DNA of 64,000 nt from an uncultured delta proteobacterium (GCA_963727445.1 CAVSGI010000009.1:1-64000); one strand, 5' to 3'; shown: positions 48,519 to 59,930, numbered from the stretch's first letter. The notes: generated from the letters alone by a model not told the origin. Numbers and translations are program-made.

Positions 48519-49148
48519 GTGCGCGTCTTCGCCACGGTGACGAGCGTCATCCTGACCCTCGTCTATCCCGTCGCGGTGTACTACGCGCTGACGCACTACT
48601 CGCCGCGCATGGTGGGCTTGCTCGGTCTGGCGATCGTCATCCCGCTCTTCGCGCTCCGCTTCCGCAACGCCGACCGCGCGCACCTCTTGGTCGTGCTCCG
48701 CGTTCCTCTGATCATCCTCGCCCTGCTCCTCTGCGGCGCCATCTTCGACGACCAGCGCTTCGTCCTCGCGATGCCGGTCCTGATCAGTCTCGCGCTCCTC
48801 GTCACCTTCGGCGCGACGCTCCGCAGCCCGGGACCGACGATGATCGAGCGCTTCGCCCGGATGACCGAGCCGGAGCTGTCGGAGGCCCAGGTGCGCCACT
48901 GCCGCCAGGCCACCCTCGCCTGGTGCGTCTTCTTCCTCGTCAATGCCGCCATCGCGGCGACCCTGGCCGTCCTCGAAATGACCGCCTGGTGGGCCGCCTA
49001 CACCGGGGGGATCGCCTACGCCGCGATGGGTGTGATGTTCGCGGGCGAATTCGTGATTCGGCGCTATAGATTCCGCGAGTACGGGCGGGGCCCCCACGAT
49101 CGGCTCCTCGCGCTACTCTTCCCGCCTCGCACCGTGAGAGATCGATGA
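48519..49148 (+). CDS. Membrane protein (COG4648-like, aryl-polyene associated)
   Basis: Multiple TM helices; IERFAR..EP, W..FF..N, YTG.IAY. Confidence 0.8.
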   Translation: MRVFATVTSVILTLVYPVAVYYALTHYSPRMVGLLGLAIVIPLFALRFRNADRAHLLVVLRVPLIILALLLCGAIFDDQRFVLAMPVLISLALLVTFGATLRSPGPTMIERFARMTEPELSEAQVRHCRQATLAWCVFFLVNAAIAATLAVLEMTAWWAAYTGGIAYAAMGVMFAGEFVIRRYRFREYGRGPHDRLLALLFPPRTVRDR

Positions 49149-50554
49149 GCGACCTTCCGCTTCCCCTCGGCAAGACACAACCCGGCGACGTCGTGGCCTT
49201 CGGCCCGCGGGGAGACGTGACGGCGCGCGAGGTCCTCGGGGGGGCGCGCGCCGTGGCCTCGGCGCTTCCCAAGGCCGACGTGGGCGACCAGGTGATCGTC
49301 CTGTGCCGGGACCGGCTCGCCTTTGCCGCTGCGCTCTTCGGCGCCTGGGAGGCGGGCTTCGGAGTGGCCCTGCCCCCCAACGCCCAGCCCGAGACCGTGA
49401 AGGCGATCCGTCATCGCCCGGAGATCGTCACCGTCCTCCACGACGGGGAAGGGCCGAAGGGCATCGACGTCCGCGGCATCCTCGACGCCGCACCACCCGA
49501 CGACGCGCCCCTGTCGCCCATCGCCGCGGAGCGCCATCTCGCCACCGTATTCACCTCCGGCTCCACCGGCGAGCATCGCGCCTGCCCCAAGACCGGCGCC
49601 CAGCTCCTGGGCGAAGTGAAGACGCTCCTCGCTGCGTTCCCCGAGGCGGCCGGCGCCCGCGTGCTCTCGGTGGTGCCGGCGCATCACATCTACGGCTTGC
49701 TCTTCGGCGTGCTCGTGCCCACCTGCGGAGGGGGCGCGTTCCATCGCGACGGACCGCGCGACGTCGAAGGTCTCGCGAAGGCGCTGAGCGAAAACGTACA
49801 CGTTTTGGTGAGCGTGCCCGCGCATCTGCGCAGCCTGCGCTTCGCGGAGGAAGGCCTCTTGCCGAAGGTCCAGCGCGTCTTCTCTTCGGGGGCGCCGCTG
49901 CCCGCGGACACCGCGAAGGACCTCGACAAGCGCGCGGGCTGGACAGTCACCGAGGTGCTGGGTTCCACGGAGACCGGAGGGATCGCCTGGCGCGATCGGA
50001 GCGCCGCGCCGGCCACGCCCTGGCAGCCCTTCCCCGGTGTCACGGTCGACGCAGGCGATGGCGAGCTGATGCTCCTCGAGTCGCCGCTCCTCTCGGCGGA
50101 CCTGCCCCAGCCCTACATCGGCGGCGACCGGGTCAAGCCTCTCCCCGATGGCCGCTTCGAGCACCTGGGCCGCGCCGACGGCGTCCTCAAGGTCGGCAGC
50201 AACCGCGTGTCGGTGGCCGAGCTCGCCGCGCGCCTGGCCGAGATCGACGGCGTGAACGACGCCGCGGTCCTGCCGGTGGAGGTGGGCGGCGCGCGCGGGG
50301 TGGAGACCTGGGCGGCGCTCGTAGCACCGGGGCTCGACGCCAAGACGATCCGCACGGCCCTCCGCAAGTGGCTCGCGCCGGTGGTCATCCCGCGCCGCTT
50401 TCGTTTCGTCGACGCGCTGCCGCGGCAGGAGAGCGGCAAGCTCCGGCGGGAGGACCTGCTCTCACTCTTCGAGACGCCGATGGAGGACGATCGCGAGGGC
50501 GTGACCTCGCCGGGGGTGCTCAGCGCACCGGAGAGGTCCGGGGGCGACGCGTGA
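49145..50554 (+). CDS. AMP-binding acyl-ACP synthetase
   Basis: FTSGSTG, GSTETGG, GRADG..K, SGK. Confidence 0.88.
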   Translation: MSDLPLPLGKTQPGDVVAFGPRGDVTAREVLGGARAVASALPKADVGDQVIVLCRDRLAFAAALFGAWEAGFGVALPPNAQPETVKAIRHRPEIVTVLHDGEGPKGIDVRGILDAAPPDDAPLSPIAAERHLATVFTSGSTGEHRACPKTGAQLLGEVKTLLAAFPEAAGARVLSVVPAHHIYGLLFGVLVPTCGGGAFHRDGPRDVEGLAKALSENVHVLVSVPAHLRSLRFAEEGLLPKVQRVFSSGAPLPADTAKDLDKRAGWTVTEVLGSTETGGIAWRDRSAAPATPWQPFPGVTVDAGDGELMLLESPLLSADLPQPYIGGDRVKPLPDGRFEHLGRADGVLKVGSNRVSVAELAARLAEIDGVNDAAVLPVEVGGARGVETWAALVAPGLDAKTIRTALRKWLAPVVIPRRFRFVDALPRQESGKLRREDLLSLFETPMEDDREGVTSPGVLSAPERSGGDA

Positions 50555-51303
50555 ACGCGGGGGCCGCGGTGAAGGTCACCGGGGTCGTGCCTACCTACGA
50601 CAACCCGGCGACGATTCGACAGGTCGCCGAGCGGCTGCGCACGCACCTCGACCACGTGATCGTCGTCGACGACGGGTCGGGCGAAGAGGGACGAAAGGCC
50701 TGCGAAGCGCTCGCCGAGGACGGGACCGCGCACGTGGTTCACCGTCAGTTCAACGGCGGCAAGGGGGCCGCCGTGAAGACCGGCCTCGTGGCTGCGAAAG
50801 AGCTCGGCTTCACCCACGCGCTCCAGGTCGACGCGGACATGCAGCACGACCTCGACGACGTGCCCCGCTTTCTCGAGACGATGCGGAAAAGCCCCGACGC
50901 GTTGATCCTCGGTGACCCGCGCTACGACGAGAGCGCCCCCGGCGCGCGTCAGGTGGGGCGCAGGATCAACACCTTCTGGATCACCGTCGAGTGCGGCAAG
51001 GGCGTGATCGGCGACGCCATGTGCGGCTTCCGCATGTATCCGGTCGACGCCGCGCTCGCGGTCGACGCGCGCGGCGACGCCATGGACTTCGATCCCGAGA
51101 TCGCGGTGCGCATGGTTTGGGCGGGCGTGCCGGTGATCAACCTGCCGACGAAGGTCCGCTACCTCGGCGAAGGGGAGGGCGGCGTCAGCCACTTCCGCGT
51201 CTTCCGCGACAACTTCCTGCTCAGCTGGCTTCACTTCCGCCTCTCGGTCCGCCGCGTCTTCGGGTTGATCTTCGGCGCGCGTCCGAAAGCGCTTCCCGGG
51301 TGA
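50551..51303 (+). CDS. Glycosyltransferase family 2
   Basis: PTYDN, VVDDGS, NGGKG, DADMQH, SHFR..RDN. Confidence 0.9.
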   Translation: MNAGAAVKVTGVVPTYDNPATIRQVAERLRTHLDHVIVVDDGSGEEGRKACEALAEDGTAHVVHRQFNGGKGAAVKTGLVAAKELGFTHALQVDADMQHDLDDVPRFLETMRKSPDALILGDPRYDESAPGARQVGRRINTFWITVECGKGVIGDAMCGFRMYPVDAALAVDARGDAMDFDPEIAVRMVWAGVPVINLPTKVRYLGEGEGGVSHFRVFRDNFLLSWLHFRLSVRRVFGLIFGARPKALPG

Positions 51304-51308
51304 GCGCC

Positions 51309-52239
51309 ATGGGAGAGGAAGCGCAAGCGGCCCCCGTCGAGCGGGCGGGATGGAAGGATCACGACGAGGTCGGCGCCGGCTGGGGCCTCGCCTTCCTGGT
51401 CCGCATCGCGACGGCCCTCGGCCGCGCTCCGGCGCGCTTCGTGGTCCGGATCATCGCCTTCTACTACGCCATCTTCTCCGCGCAGGCGCGCCGCACCGCC
51501 AACGCCTTTCTCGCGCGCGTCGGTGAGCGCACCGGGTTCTGGGCCGCGCACCGGCAGATCCTGCGCTTTGCGCAGGTGGCCCTCGACGCGCTCTTCTTCG
51601 TGCGCGGCAAGCTTCGCCACTTCGATGTGACCCGCGACGGCAAGGAGCACCTCGCCCACCTTCGCGACACCAAGACCGGCGCGGTGCTCCTCGGCGCGCA
51701 CGTCGGCTCGTTCTACGCGATGCGGGCGGCGGGGCAGAACGAGACGCTCCCGCTCTATCCGCTGGTCTTCACCAAGAACGCCCGGATGTTCAACGGCGCG
51801 CTCCGGCGTCTCGACCCCGAGAGCCAGACGCAGCTCATCGAGATGGACGACAAGGACATCGGCTTCATGCTGAAGGTGCGCGAGCTGGTGGAGAGCGGGG
51901 GTCTCATCGCCATCCTCGCCGACCGCCTCGCCGACGGCGCCAAGCACACGGAGGTCGACTTCCTCGGAAAGAAGGCGCGGCTCCCGGTCGGCCCCTACAT
52001 CCTCGCGGCCAGCCTGCGCTGCCCCGTCTATTTCGTCTGCGGCATCTACCGTGACCCGAAGCGATACGAGCTGCATTGCGAGCCCTTCGCCGAACGCATC
52101 GAGCTGCCGCGCCGCACGCGAAAAGAGGCGCTCGCAGAAGTACGCTCAACGGTACGCCGACGTCCTCGCCCGCTACGCGCGCGAGGCGCCCGACAATTGG
52201 TTCAACTTCTACGACTTCTGGGTGGACGACGATGAGTGA
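51309..52239 (+). CDS. LpxL-like acyltransferase; apparent frameshift ~52140
   Basis: AHVGSF, ILADR; C-terminal WFNFYDFW in an alternate frame. Confidence 0.85.
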
Positions 52240-53767
52240 GTCAGAGGTGCCTCTCGGCGCGGGCCACGTGACGATCGAGGACGTGGTGGCGATCGCCGCG
52301 GGTCGCGCGGTGCCGGTGATCGACGCCGACGAGGAGATCCGTTCGCGCATCGCGCGGAGCGCCGGCATGGTGCAGGCCGCGGTGGACGATGGGCGCGTGG
52401 TCTACGGCGTCACCACCGGCTACGGCGCGTCGGCGAAGTTCGGCGTCGACTCCGAGATCGCGCCACGACATGCCGCTGAACCTGCTCCGCTATCACGGCT
52501 GCGGCACGGGCGAGCCTTTCAGCGCCGCCGAGAGCCGCGCCATCGTGGCGGTGCGCGCGGCGTCGCTCTCCCGCGGCTACTCGGGCGTGCGCCTCGCGCT
52601 GCTCGAGCGCCTCTGCGCGTTGGTCCAGAACGACATCGTCCCGGTCATCCCGCAGGAGGGCTCGGTGGGCGCGAGCGGAGACCTGACGCCGCTCTCCTAC
52701 GTGGCTGCCGCGCTCGTCGGCGAGCGCGAGGTCTGGAAGGAGGGCGCGCAGGTGCCGGCGGCGGAAGCCCTCGCCGCCGCGGGCCTCGAGCCGCTCAGCC
52801 TCCGCGCAAAGGAGGGCCTCGCGGTGCTCAACGGCACCAGCGTGATGACCGCCCTCGCGTGCCTGGCCTGGGATCGCGCGCGGCGCCTCGCGCGCCTCGC
52901 ATGCGCCACCACCGCGATGGTCTCGGACGTCCTCGACGGGGAGCCCGGTCACTTCACGACCGCATCTTCGAGCTCAAGCCGCACGCCGGCCAGCGCGGTC
53001 GCCGCGCGCTGGATCCGCGAGATCCTCGACCGCGAGAGCGACGAAGGAGGCGGCGCGCGGTCCAGGACCCGTATTCGATCCGCTGTGCGCCGCACGTGAT
53101 CGGCGTGCTCCTCGACGCGCTGCCCTTCACCCGCACGCTCATCGAGACCGAGGCGAACGGCGTGAACGACAACCCGCTGATCGATCCGGATCAGGGCCGG
53201 TATCTGCACGGCGGCAACTTCTACGGCGGGCACAGCTGCCTCGCGACCGACACCTTGAAGAACGTCGTCGCCAACGTCGCCGACCTGTTGGACCGCCAGC
53301 TCGCGCTCCTCTGCAATCCCGCCTCCAACCACGGCCTGCCCGCGAACCTCGTCGCGCGCACGGGCTACGACCGCTACGCGCATCACGGCTTCAAGGCGAT
53401 GGAGATCACGGCTAGCGCGCTGACCGCCGAGGCGCTGAAGATGGCGGGGCCGACCAGCGTCTTCAGCCGCTCCACCGAGTCGCACAACCAGGACAAGGTC
53501 AGCATGGGCACCATCAGCGCCCGCGAGGCGCTGCGCATCCTCGAGCTCAGCGAGACGGTGGCCGTGATGCATCTCCTCGCGCTGGTGCAGGCGGTGGATC
53601 TGCGCGGGCCCGAGACGGTGAGCGAGGCGGGGCGCGCCGTCTGGGAGGCCGTCCGCGCCGAGGTCCCGAAGAACGAGGCCGATCGCCGGATGGACGGCGA
53701 CATCCGGACCGTCCTCGCGATGCACCACGCCGGGCGACTTCCGGTGGGCGAGGTCGACTTCGGATGA
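52232..53767 (+). CDS. Aromatic amino acid ammonia-lyase (HAL/PAL family); several apparent frameshifts
   Basis: VYGVTTGYG, GSVGASGDL (MIO), QDPYSIRC, DNP, HGGNF, NQDKVSMG across frames. Confidence 0.88.
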   Translation: MSESEVPLGAGHVTIEDVVAIAAGRAVPVIDADEEIRSRIARSAGMVQAAVDDGRVVYGVTTGYGASAKFGVDSEIAPRHAAEPAPLSRLRHGRAFQRRREPRHRGGARGVALPRLLGRAPRAARAPLRVGPERHRPGHPAGGLGGRERRPDAALLRGCRARRRARGLEGGRAGAGGGSPRRRGPRAAQPPRKGGPRGAQRHQRDDRPRVPGLGSRAAPRAPRMRHHRDGLGRPRRGARSLHDRIFELKPHAGQRGRRALDPRDPRPRERRRRRRAVQDPYSIRCAPHVIGVLLDALPFTRTLIETEANGVNDNPLIDPDQGRYLHGGNFYGGHSCLATDTLKNVVANVADLLDRQLALLCNPASNHGLPANLVARTGYDRYAHHGFKAMEITASALTAEALKMAGPTSVFSRSTESHNQDKVSMGTISAREALRILELSETVAVMHLLALVQAVDLRGPETVSEAGRAVWEAVRAEVPKNEADRRMDGDIRTVLAMHHAGRLPVGEVDFG

Positions 53768-54192
53768 AGATTCCAGCCGATCACGTCGTCTACGAGGCCC
53801 GGGTCCCCTTCCACGACTGCGACCCCCTGGCCATCGTATGGCACGGCAATTACTACAAATATCTGGAGATCGCCCGGGAGAAGCTCCTCGGCCGCTACCG
53901 CCTGAGCGTGCGCGACTTCATGGAGATGGGGTGGCGCCTGGTGATGATCGAGACTCGCTGCAGACACGTGTCGCCTCTGCGCCACGACGACCGTTTCCAA
54001 GTCAAAGCCTGGTTCATCGAGACCGACATGCGTCTTCACATCGGCTACGAGATCCGCAACCTCTCGAACGACGACCGCCGCGTGGCGAAGGCGTGGACGA
54101 CGCTGGTCTGCACCGATGCGAACGAGGTGATGCAGCTCGAGGTGCCTCGGGACGTGCGGCAGCGAATCCTGGCGGGGCCGACCGATGAGTGA
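53764..54192 (+). CDS. Acyl-CoA/ACP thioesterase (hotdog fold)
   Basis: VPFHDCD...VWHGNY.KY.E.AR. Confidence 0.88.
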   Translation: MKIPADHVVYEARVPFHDCDPLAIVWHGNYYKYLEIAREKLLGRYRLSVRDFMEMGWRLVMIETRCRHVSPLRHDDRFQVKAWFIETDMRLHIGYEIRNLSNDDRRVAKAWTTLVCTDANEVMQLEVPRDVRQRILAGPTDE

Positions 54193-54842
54193 GGGGGCGA
54201 AGATCACCCGGCGCGATTTCCTGGCGCTCGCGGGCGCTGGCCTGCGCCGCCGCGCTGCCGCTCCCGCTGCGCGCCTTCGCTCAAGAGCGGCGCATGACCC
54301 TCGAGCGGCTGCTCACGGCGTTCTCCTCCATGCCTGGGCTCAGCGCGAGGTTCACCGAGGAGAAGCGCATGGCGATGCTCGCCGTGCCGCTGGTGAGCGA
54401 AGGGGAGATCCTCTTCGCGCCGCCGGACGCGCTCCTGCGCAAGATCACCTCGCCCACGCCCAGCGTCGCGCTCCTCGACGGCGGCCATCTCACCCTCGAG
54501 AGCGGCGGCCGGCGCCAGGAGATGGATCTCAGCCAGAACGCCGTGGTGGAGGGCTTCGTGGACACCTTCCGCCACGTCCTCGCCGGCGACCAGGAGGCCC
54601 TCGAGGCGACCTATCGCATCAGCTTCGAGGCGAACGAAGACGGCTGGCGCCTCACCCTCCGCCCCAAGACGCGCGCGCTTCAGCGCTTCTTGCGCGACAT
54701 GGTCCTCGAGGGTGACGGCGCCTCGCTCCAGAAGATGACGATGAACGAGGCCAACGGCGACACCAGCGTCACCACCTTCCACGACGTGAACGCCCACCGC
54801 CGCTTCAGCGCGGCCGAGCGCGCGCGCCTCTTCCGGATCTGA
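54185..54842 (+). CDS. LolA-like lipoprotein carrier protein; apparent frameshift ~54240
   Basis: RRDFL signal; F.EEK....L..PL.SEG, W.L.L.PK, E.NGD. Confidence 0.8.
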
Positions 54843-54854
54843 ACGGGGACACGC

Positions 54855-55923
54855 CTAGTCCGCGATGAAGAGTGCGGTGAGCTGGCGCCGCCAGAAGCCG
54901 GCTTCTCCGCGCCGGATCTTCCCGCGCAGGTAGAACGTGTGGTCGCCCGCGCCGCCCACTGGGAACGTGGCGGTTCGGCTCAGGGAGAGGGTCGAGTTGG
55001 CCGTCACCCAGAAGAAGGATCGAATCCCCCATCGAGGCTGGCGTCGTCGCATCGTCGGTGACCTTCAGGTAGCCCTCGCTGCGATCGACCGAGGGATCGC
55101 AGTCGAAGCCGTCGCCGGAGGCCGGCGACGCACAGAAGACCTCGGTGGTCCCGAAGACGACGACCACACCCGTTCCTGGCGCGGTGATGGTCACCTGCTG
55201 CAGGGTGGTGTCCACGCTTCCGGTGAGGTTGAGGTTGGGCTCGGTGAAGCTCGAGGCGGTCAAGGCGGGCCCCGCGGAGGACCCGTTGCAAGCGTAGCTC
55301 GTCGACGTGATCTCCGAGGGATCCAGCGTGCCGCTTCCGTCCGTGTCTGGCCCGCTGTCGATCCGCGTTCCCCCGTCGGCGCAGCTGGCTCCAGCCGGCT
55401 CCGGGGTCGAGCGCGTCAGATACGTCACGCCGTCGACACCATCGACGCCATCGACGCCGTCCACCCCATCGACGCCGTTGCAGACGAAGCCGGTGGCGAG
55501 GATCTCGTCGGTACCGAGCATTCCATCCGCGTCCGTGTCGGCTCCCGAGTCGATTCGGAACCCGCCGGCTTCGCAGTTCACGCCAGGCGCTTCTGGAGAC
55601 ACCTGGGTCAGGTAGGACACGCCGTCGGCGCCATCGGCGCCATCGGCGCCAGCCACTCCGTCGGTCCCATCCGTGCCGCTCACGCCGTCCACCCCGTCGG
55701 TGCCATCCGTGCCGTCGCACACCAGTTGTTCATCGCGCACTTCGCTCGGATCGAGCGTGCCGCTCCCATCGGCGTCGGTTCCCACCGAAACGCGAATACC
55801 GCCGCTCGGGCACATGCCACCCGCCTCTTCACGGGCCAACGTGGTCAGCTCGGCGCTATCACCAGCGCAACCCAAGCCGCCGACCCACACCATCGCCACG
55901 GCGAAAACCCACACCATCTTCAT
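54855..55923 (-). CDS. Secreted repeat lipoprotein with collagen-like DGx triplets; apparent frameshift ~55030
   Basis: Three E..G..C..GG....G.D.DG.G.L...E units separated by (DGV/DGA/DGT)n. Confidence 0.75.
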
Positions 55924-55991
55924 CTCGAACGTCTCCTCTCTGGCCCCTGAGGGCAGGACAAACATCGGTCGTTCCACCAACTTCTCGAGGG

Positions 55992-57275
55992 CTAGCGCCA
56001 GTCGCGTGACCAGGTCACGCGCCAGCCGACCGGGAAGTGCTCCAGGAGAACTGCGAAGGAGGCCCAGCGTCCGTTGCCGCGGCTGACAATCGCCATCGCG
56101 GTCGGGTAGTTCTTCTGGCCGGTGACATAGACGGGCCCCACGGTGGTCTCCATATCAGACCGGGAGTCGACGATCTGCTGGGCGAGGGCGACCCGCGCGG
56201 GCTCGTCGAGCCAGTCGCAGTAGAAGCCCTCCATCGTCGCCCGGTAGGCGGCGGCGTCCGAATCGTTCATCGCTGCATCGGCGTGCTGGATGAGTGCGAC
56301 GATCTCGCGGCGGTCGGCTTCGGAGACCTGGGAGTCGTAATAGGAGCTGACGTCTTCCACGGTGGTGCGCCAGTACGCCTTGAAAGAGCGCCAACTGTCG
56401 CCGGTTGCTTCGGGCACCGCGTAACGCATGAGCGTGTCGATCGCCCGGGCGGAGTCGATGCAGCCCTCGATGTCGTGTTCGAAGCAGGAGCTGCCGCTCC
56501 GAACCGCAGTGGCCCGGATGAGCTTGACCAACCCGGTGATGCCGTACGCATCGACGAACGCCTGCACGAAGGAGCCCGCACGGCCGTAGGCATCGCCCCG
56601 CACGTCCACGTCCTCGAAGGTGGCGACGTGAAGACTGGAATCCACGGCCAACTCGGCGGCATACGCCTCGTGTAGGTCGCGGGAGGCCTGGTCGAAGTAC
56701 TCGGCAACGCCCTCGCTCAGGAACGGGAGCAGCGAATACGTGGGCCCCACGAGGTAATAGGTGAGGATGTGCGTGATCTCGTGTCCGTAGCGCACCGACT
56801 CGTACGCGTTCTCATCACCGGTATAGATGACGTAGTATCGGTCCTGCCCCGGACGGGCGTTCCCGACGCCGACGTGATGCGCCCGGGCGGCCAGGCGACT
56901 CGGCGAGAGATAGGCGTCGACCACCGGAGTCTCCCTGATCCCGAGGGTCGTTCGGATGTCGTCGTACGCACGCTGGCGCCTTTCCGCGATGAGGTCCAAG
57001 TCGCCTTCGGCCGCGGTCCCCGGAAGATAGTGGAATCGGAACGAGCCACGCGTCGCAACTGTCCAGGGCACGTCTGCGAACGTCGGCTCGTCGCACGAGT
57101 CGAGCTCGAGTGCCGCGAGAGGCGCGGTGGCCGCGGCGCCAGACCCGGCGTCCGCGTCCTGCCCGCTACTCCTGACGGACTCGCTGACGGCGGAGACACT
57201 CGGGTCGATGTCGGCGCACGCGGCGAAGATGGTGAGAGAGACGATGAGGGATAGCGCGGTGAGGACATTGTTCAT
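55992..57275 (-). CDS. Lipoprotein, putative zinc metallopeptidase
   Basis: FAAC lipobox; HEITH..EGVAEY. Confidence 0.7.
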   Translation of the reverse strand: MNNVLTALSLIVSLTIFAACADIDPSVSAVSESVRSSGQDADAGSGAAATAPLAALELDSCDEPTFADVPWTVATRGSFRFHYLPGTAAEGDLDLIAERRQRAYDDIRTTLGIRETPVVDAYLSPSRLAARAHHVGVGNARPGQDRYYVIYTGDENAYESVRYGHEITHILTYYLVGPTYSLLPFLSEGVAEYFDQASRDLHEAYAAELAVDSSLHVATFEDVDVRGDAYGRAGSFVQAFVDAYGITGLVKLIRATAVRSGSSCFEHDIEGCIDSARAIDTLMRYAVPEATGDSWRSFKAYWRTTVEDVSSYYDSQVSEADRREIVALIQHADAAMNDSDAAAYRATMEGFYCDWLDEPARVALAQQIVDSRSDMETTVGPVYVTGQKNYPTAMAIVSRGNGRWASFAVLLEHFPVGWRVTWSRDWR

Positions 57276-57731
57276 GCAAGTGTCATCGACCGACTCGCGC
57301 TGTGGTTGAGGTACGAACGTGCAGGAACATCACTTCGCGACGATTCGCCGCGCGCGTCCGTCAACTGCCCCGAGCCCGACAGTCACTGTCCAGCGGAAGT
57401 TCGCAGCCGAGGCGCTGGTCGATGCGCTGGCGGCCATCGAGCTGAGAGCGAGCGTCCGCCGGAGCGCCTCGCGGCGCTCCTCGCGGAGCGTCAAGAAATC
57501 CTCACCCGGATCCAAGAATCTGACACCAGCGCGCTCGCCGAAGAACACCGGCGAACCCTCCACGACCGCCTTCGGGCCGTGCTCGAGCGCGACGTAGTGC
57601 TCGCACGGTTCTACTGGCGCAGCAGAAGTCCTTGGATTCACGGCGCGACGATGCGCTGGGCGCGCAACCCCATGCGTGGCTACCAGCTCGCGGCCGAGAT
57701 CACGAAGCGCTCGGCCTGACGGGCACGGTCG

Positions 57732-58430
57732 TTGCTCTGTCCTCCCCCGAACGTGGAGGTCAGCATGGAGGTAGAGCGAGCGAGCGGCGATTTCACACCG
57801 ACACTCGAAGACGTGGTGACGGCTGTCCAAACGTCGCTCGACCAGGTGGCGATGGATGCACGGGCGGTTCATCGCAAGGGCATCAGCCCGGAGACCATCG
57901 AGGAGCTCTTCACGGTGCGCTTTCTCAAGCTCCGTCTCGAGCACCGTCTCGACGCACTCCTCGAAGGCGGGCTCCTCAACCTGAGCGTTTGCCGCGAGGA
58001 GCGGCCCGTCGAGATGCTGGCGCGCGTCCTCGACGAGATTCGGCCCGAATGCCAGCGGCTGGGGATCGAGTGCAACGCCCCGATCGCAGCGTCCGGAGCC
58101 ACCGTTCGGATCGACGGCCACCAGCTCGAAGAGGCCCTGCGCGGCCTCGTGGAGGAGCTGGTCGTCGGCGCCGGGGTCGACGACGTGATCCACGTGACGG
58201 CCACCGAACCCGGTGACGGAAGCATCGAGTTGACGATGCGCCGTCAGGGAAAGCCGGTCGAGCCGTCCCTGAGCCGTTCGGGCATCGCGCTCCTCCTCGA
58301 CGCGGACGAAGCGTCCGGCGTCCGCCTCGACGTCGACCATTCGGGCTTTCGAGCCACCATTCGGCCTGCGCTCGAGAACCGACGACGGACCACCCGAGGA
58401 CCCTGGCTCTTCCCCGCGCCGGCGGCATGA
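57732..58430 (+). CDS. Hypothetical protein, weakly HATPase-like
   Basis: VRIDGHQLEEALRGLV resembles an N-box; G-boxes absent. Confidence 0.4.
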   Translation: MLCPPPNVEVSMEVERASGDFTPTLEDVVTAVQTSLDQVAMDARAVHRKGISPETIEELFTVRFLKLRLEHRLDALLEGGLLNLSVCREERPVEMLARVLDEIRPECQRLGIECNAPIAASGATVRIDGHQLEEALRGLVEELVVGAGVDDVIHVTATEPGDGSIELTMRRQGKPVEPSLSRSGIALLLDADEASGVRLDVDHSGFRATIRPALENRRRTTRGPWLFPAPAA

Positions 58431-58500
58431 TTCAGGCTCGCCGCTTCGCCACGTTCGCGACGAGTGGCTCGGGTCTCTCCGGCGTCGGTGGGGACGGCGG

Positions 58501-59694
58501 CTAGTGGTTCCGCGCCCGTTCGCGCCAACGCGGCAGATGCTCGCGCACACCTGGAACGTCGAGGATGCGTGCGTCCAGCTCGGCGTCCGGAGCGTGCACC
58601 AGGCGGCTGCTGATCTGAACGACCTCCTCGACGCCGAGTGCTTCGATCGCTCGCGTCGGTTGGCGGTGATGAAACGCCACTCCATCGACGATCGCGTCGT
58701 CGAGACCCCAGACCCCGAGGATGAAAGCACCCACCTCGGCGTGGGAGCTCCCCAGGATCTGGCGTTCGGCGATTTCGAGTGGCTCGTCGAGGCGCTTTGC
58801 GCGCTCGGCCGCCATGACCCAGCGTTCCGGCATTCGGGATGCGAGCACGAGCAGGCCCACGTCGTGGAGCAGAGTCGCGATGACGGCTACGGGCTCGACG
58901 CCCAGATCGCTGACGATCGCGCGCGCGACGAGCGAGGCGGTGTAGCTGTGCCGCTGGAGCTCGCCCACGTCGAGGTGGCGAAAACCGGGGGGGAGGCCTT
59001 CGAAGAGCTCTGCCTGAAGCACGAGGGCACGGACCAGGTCGCCGCCTAGAAACGCGATGGCTTCGCGGAGATCCTGAGCGCGGCGCGGCAGGGCGAAGAA
59101 CGCCGAGGAGGCCACGTGGAGGAGCCGAGCGGTCATCGCCGGGTCCTGCTCGATGATCGACGCCACCTCCTCGAAGGAGGCGTCGGCGTCGTCCAACGTT
59201 TGTGTGAGCTGAGCGAAGAGCAAAGGCGCGACGACGAGGGCGTTGTCGCCGGTGAGCCGTTCCCGCAACACGGGATCCGCGATGATGCCGCGCAGGGCGC
59301 GGGCCCGCTCGAGGGCTTCGCGGAGCCTCTGGAGCGAGCCACCCTTGTCGAGGAACTGATGTGCCGCCTGGGTAGCCATGGTGGCGCGCGTCCGGTCGTT
59401 GTTGCCGCTCAGGAGGATCCGGATCGCTTCGGGATGGCGGCGCTGCACCTCCTTCAGGAGGTCGACGCCATCCATGTCCGGCATGTGGAGATCGCTCACC
59501 ACGATATCGAAGGCGTATTCGTCGAGCGTCTTCAGGGCCACCGCTGGTTGGCTGACGCAGACGACCTCCCAGGAATCGGGCCACGTCTTGACGTAGCGCG
59601 CGATGCTCCGGAGGAGCAGGCGCGAGTCGTCCACGAACAGGACGCGTGATGGGGCGGGCGGTGGCGATGAAGGTGGATGGGTAGCTACTCTCAT
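58501..59694 (-). CDS. Response regulator with HDOD domain
   Basis: FVDD, SDLHMP; DPAMTARLL, LLHDVG, HAEVGA, FHH. Confidence 0.9.
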   Translation of the reverse strand: MRVATHPPSSPPPAPSRVLFVDDSRLLLRSIARYVKTWPDSWEVVCVSQPAVALKTLDEYAFDIVVSDLHMPDMDGVDLLKEVQRRHPEAIRILLSGNNDRTRATMATQAAHQFLDKGGSLQRLREALERARALRGIIADPVLRERLTGDNALVVAPLLFAQLTQTLDDADASFEEVASIIEQDPAMTARLLHVASSAFFALPRRAQDLREAIAFLGGDLVRALVLQAELFEGLPPGFRHLDVGELQRHSYTASLVARAIVSDLGVEPVAVIATLLHDVGLLVLASRMPERWVMAAERAKRLDEPLEIAERQILGSSHAEVGAFILGVWGLDDAIVDGVAFHHRQPTRAIEALGVEEVVQISSRLVHAPDAELDARILDVPGVREHLPRWRERARNH

Positions 59695-59930
59695 GGGTCG
59701 TCGCGATGCTCGCGTCCGAAAGGATCGAACGGTCCGCCCGAAGACTTGAGCCGGAAGAGAGCCGCGGAGGTGGTGGCGGAGCTCTCTAAAGATCTCCCGC
59801 GGTCATGCCGATGCATTGGGGGTGACGAAGCGAAACCGAAACGAAGCTCGTGCGAAGCAGCGCGAGATATCGCGCGCCAGAGGCGCGGGAAGGCGCGTGG
59901 CCTGAGCGGCCGCGCGAGGAGGAAACGGCG

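Noticed and set aside
57306..57719. FliT-like small protein
   Set aside because: Only vague helical similarity, unclear start, probable frameshift, no flagellar context
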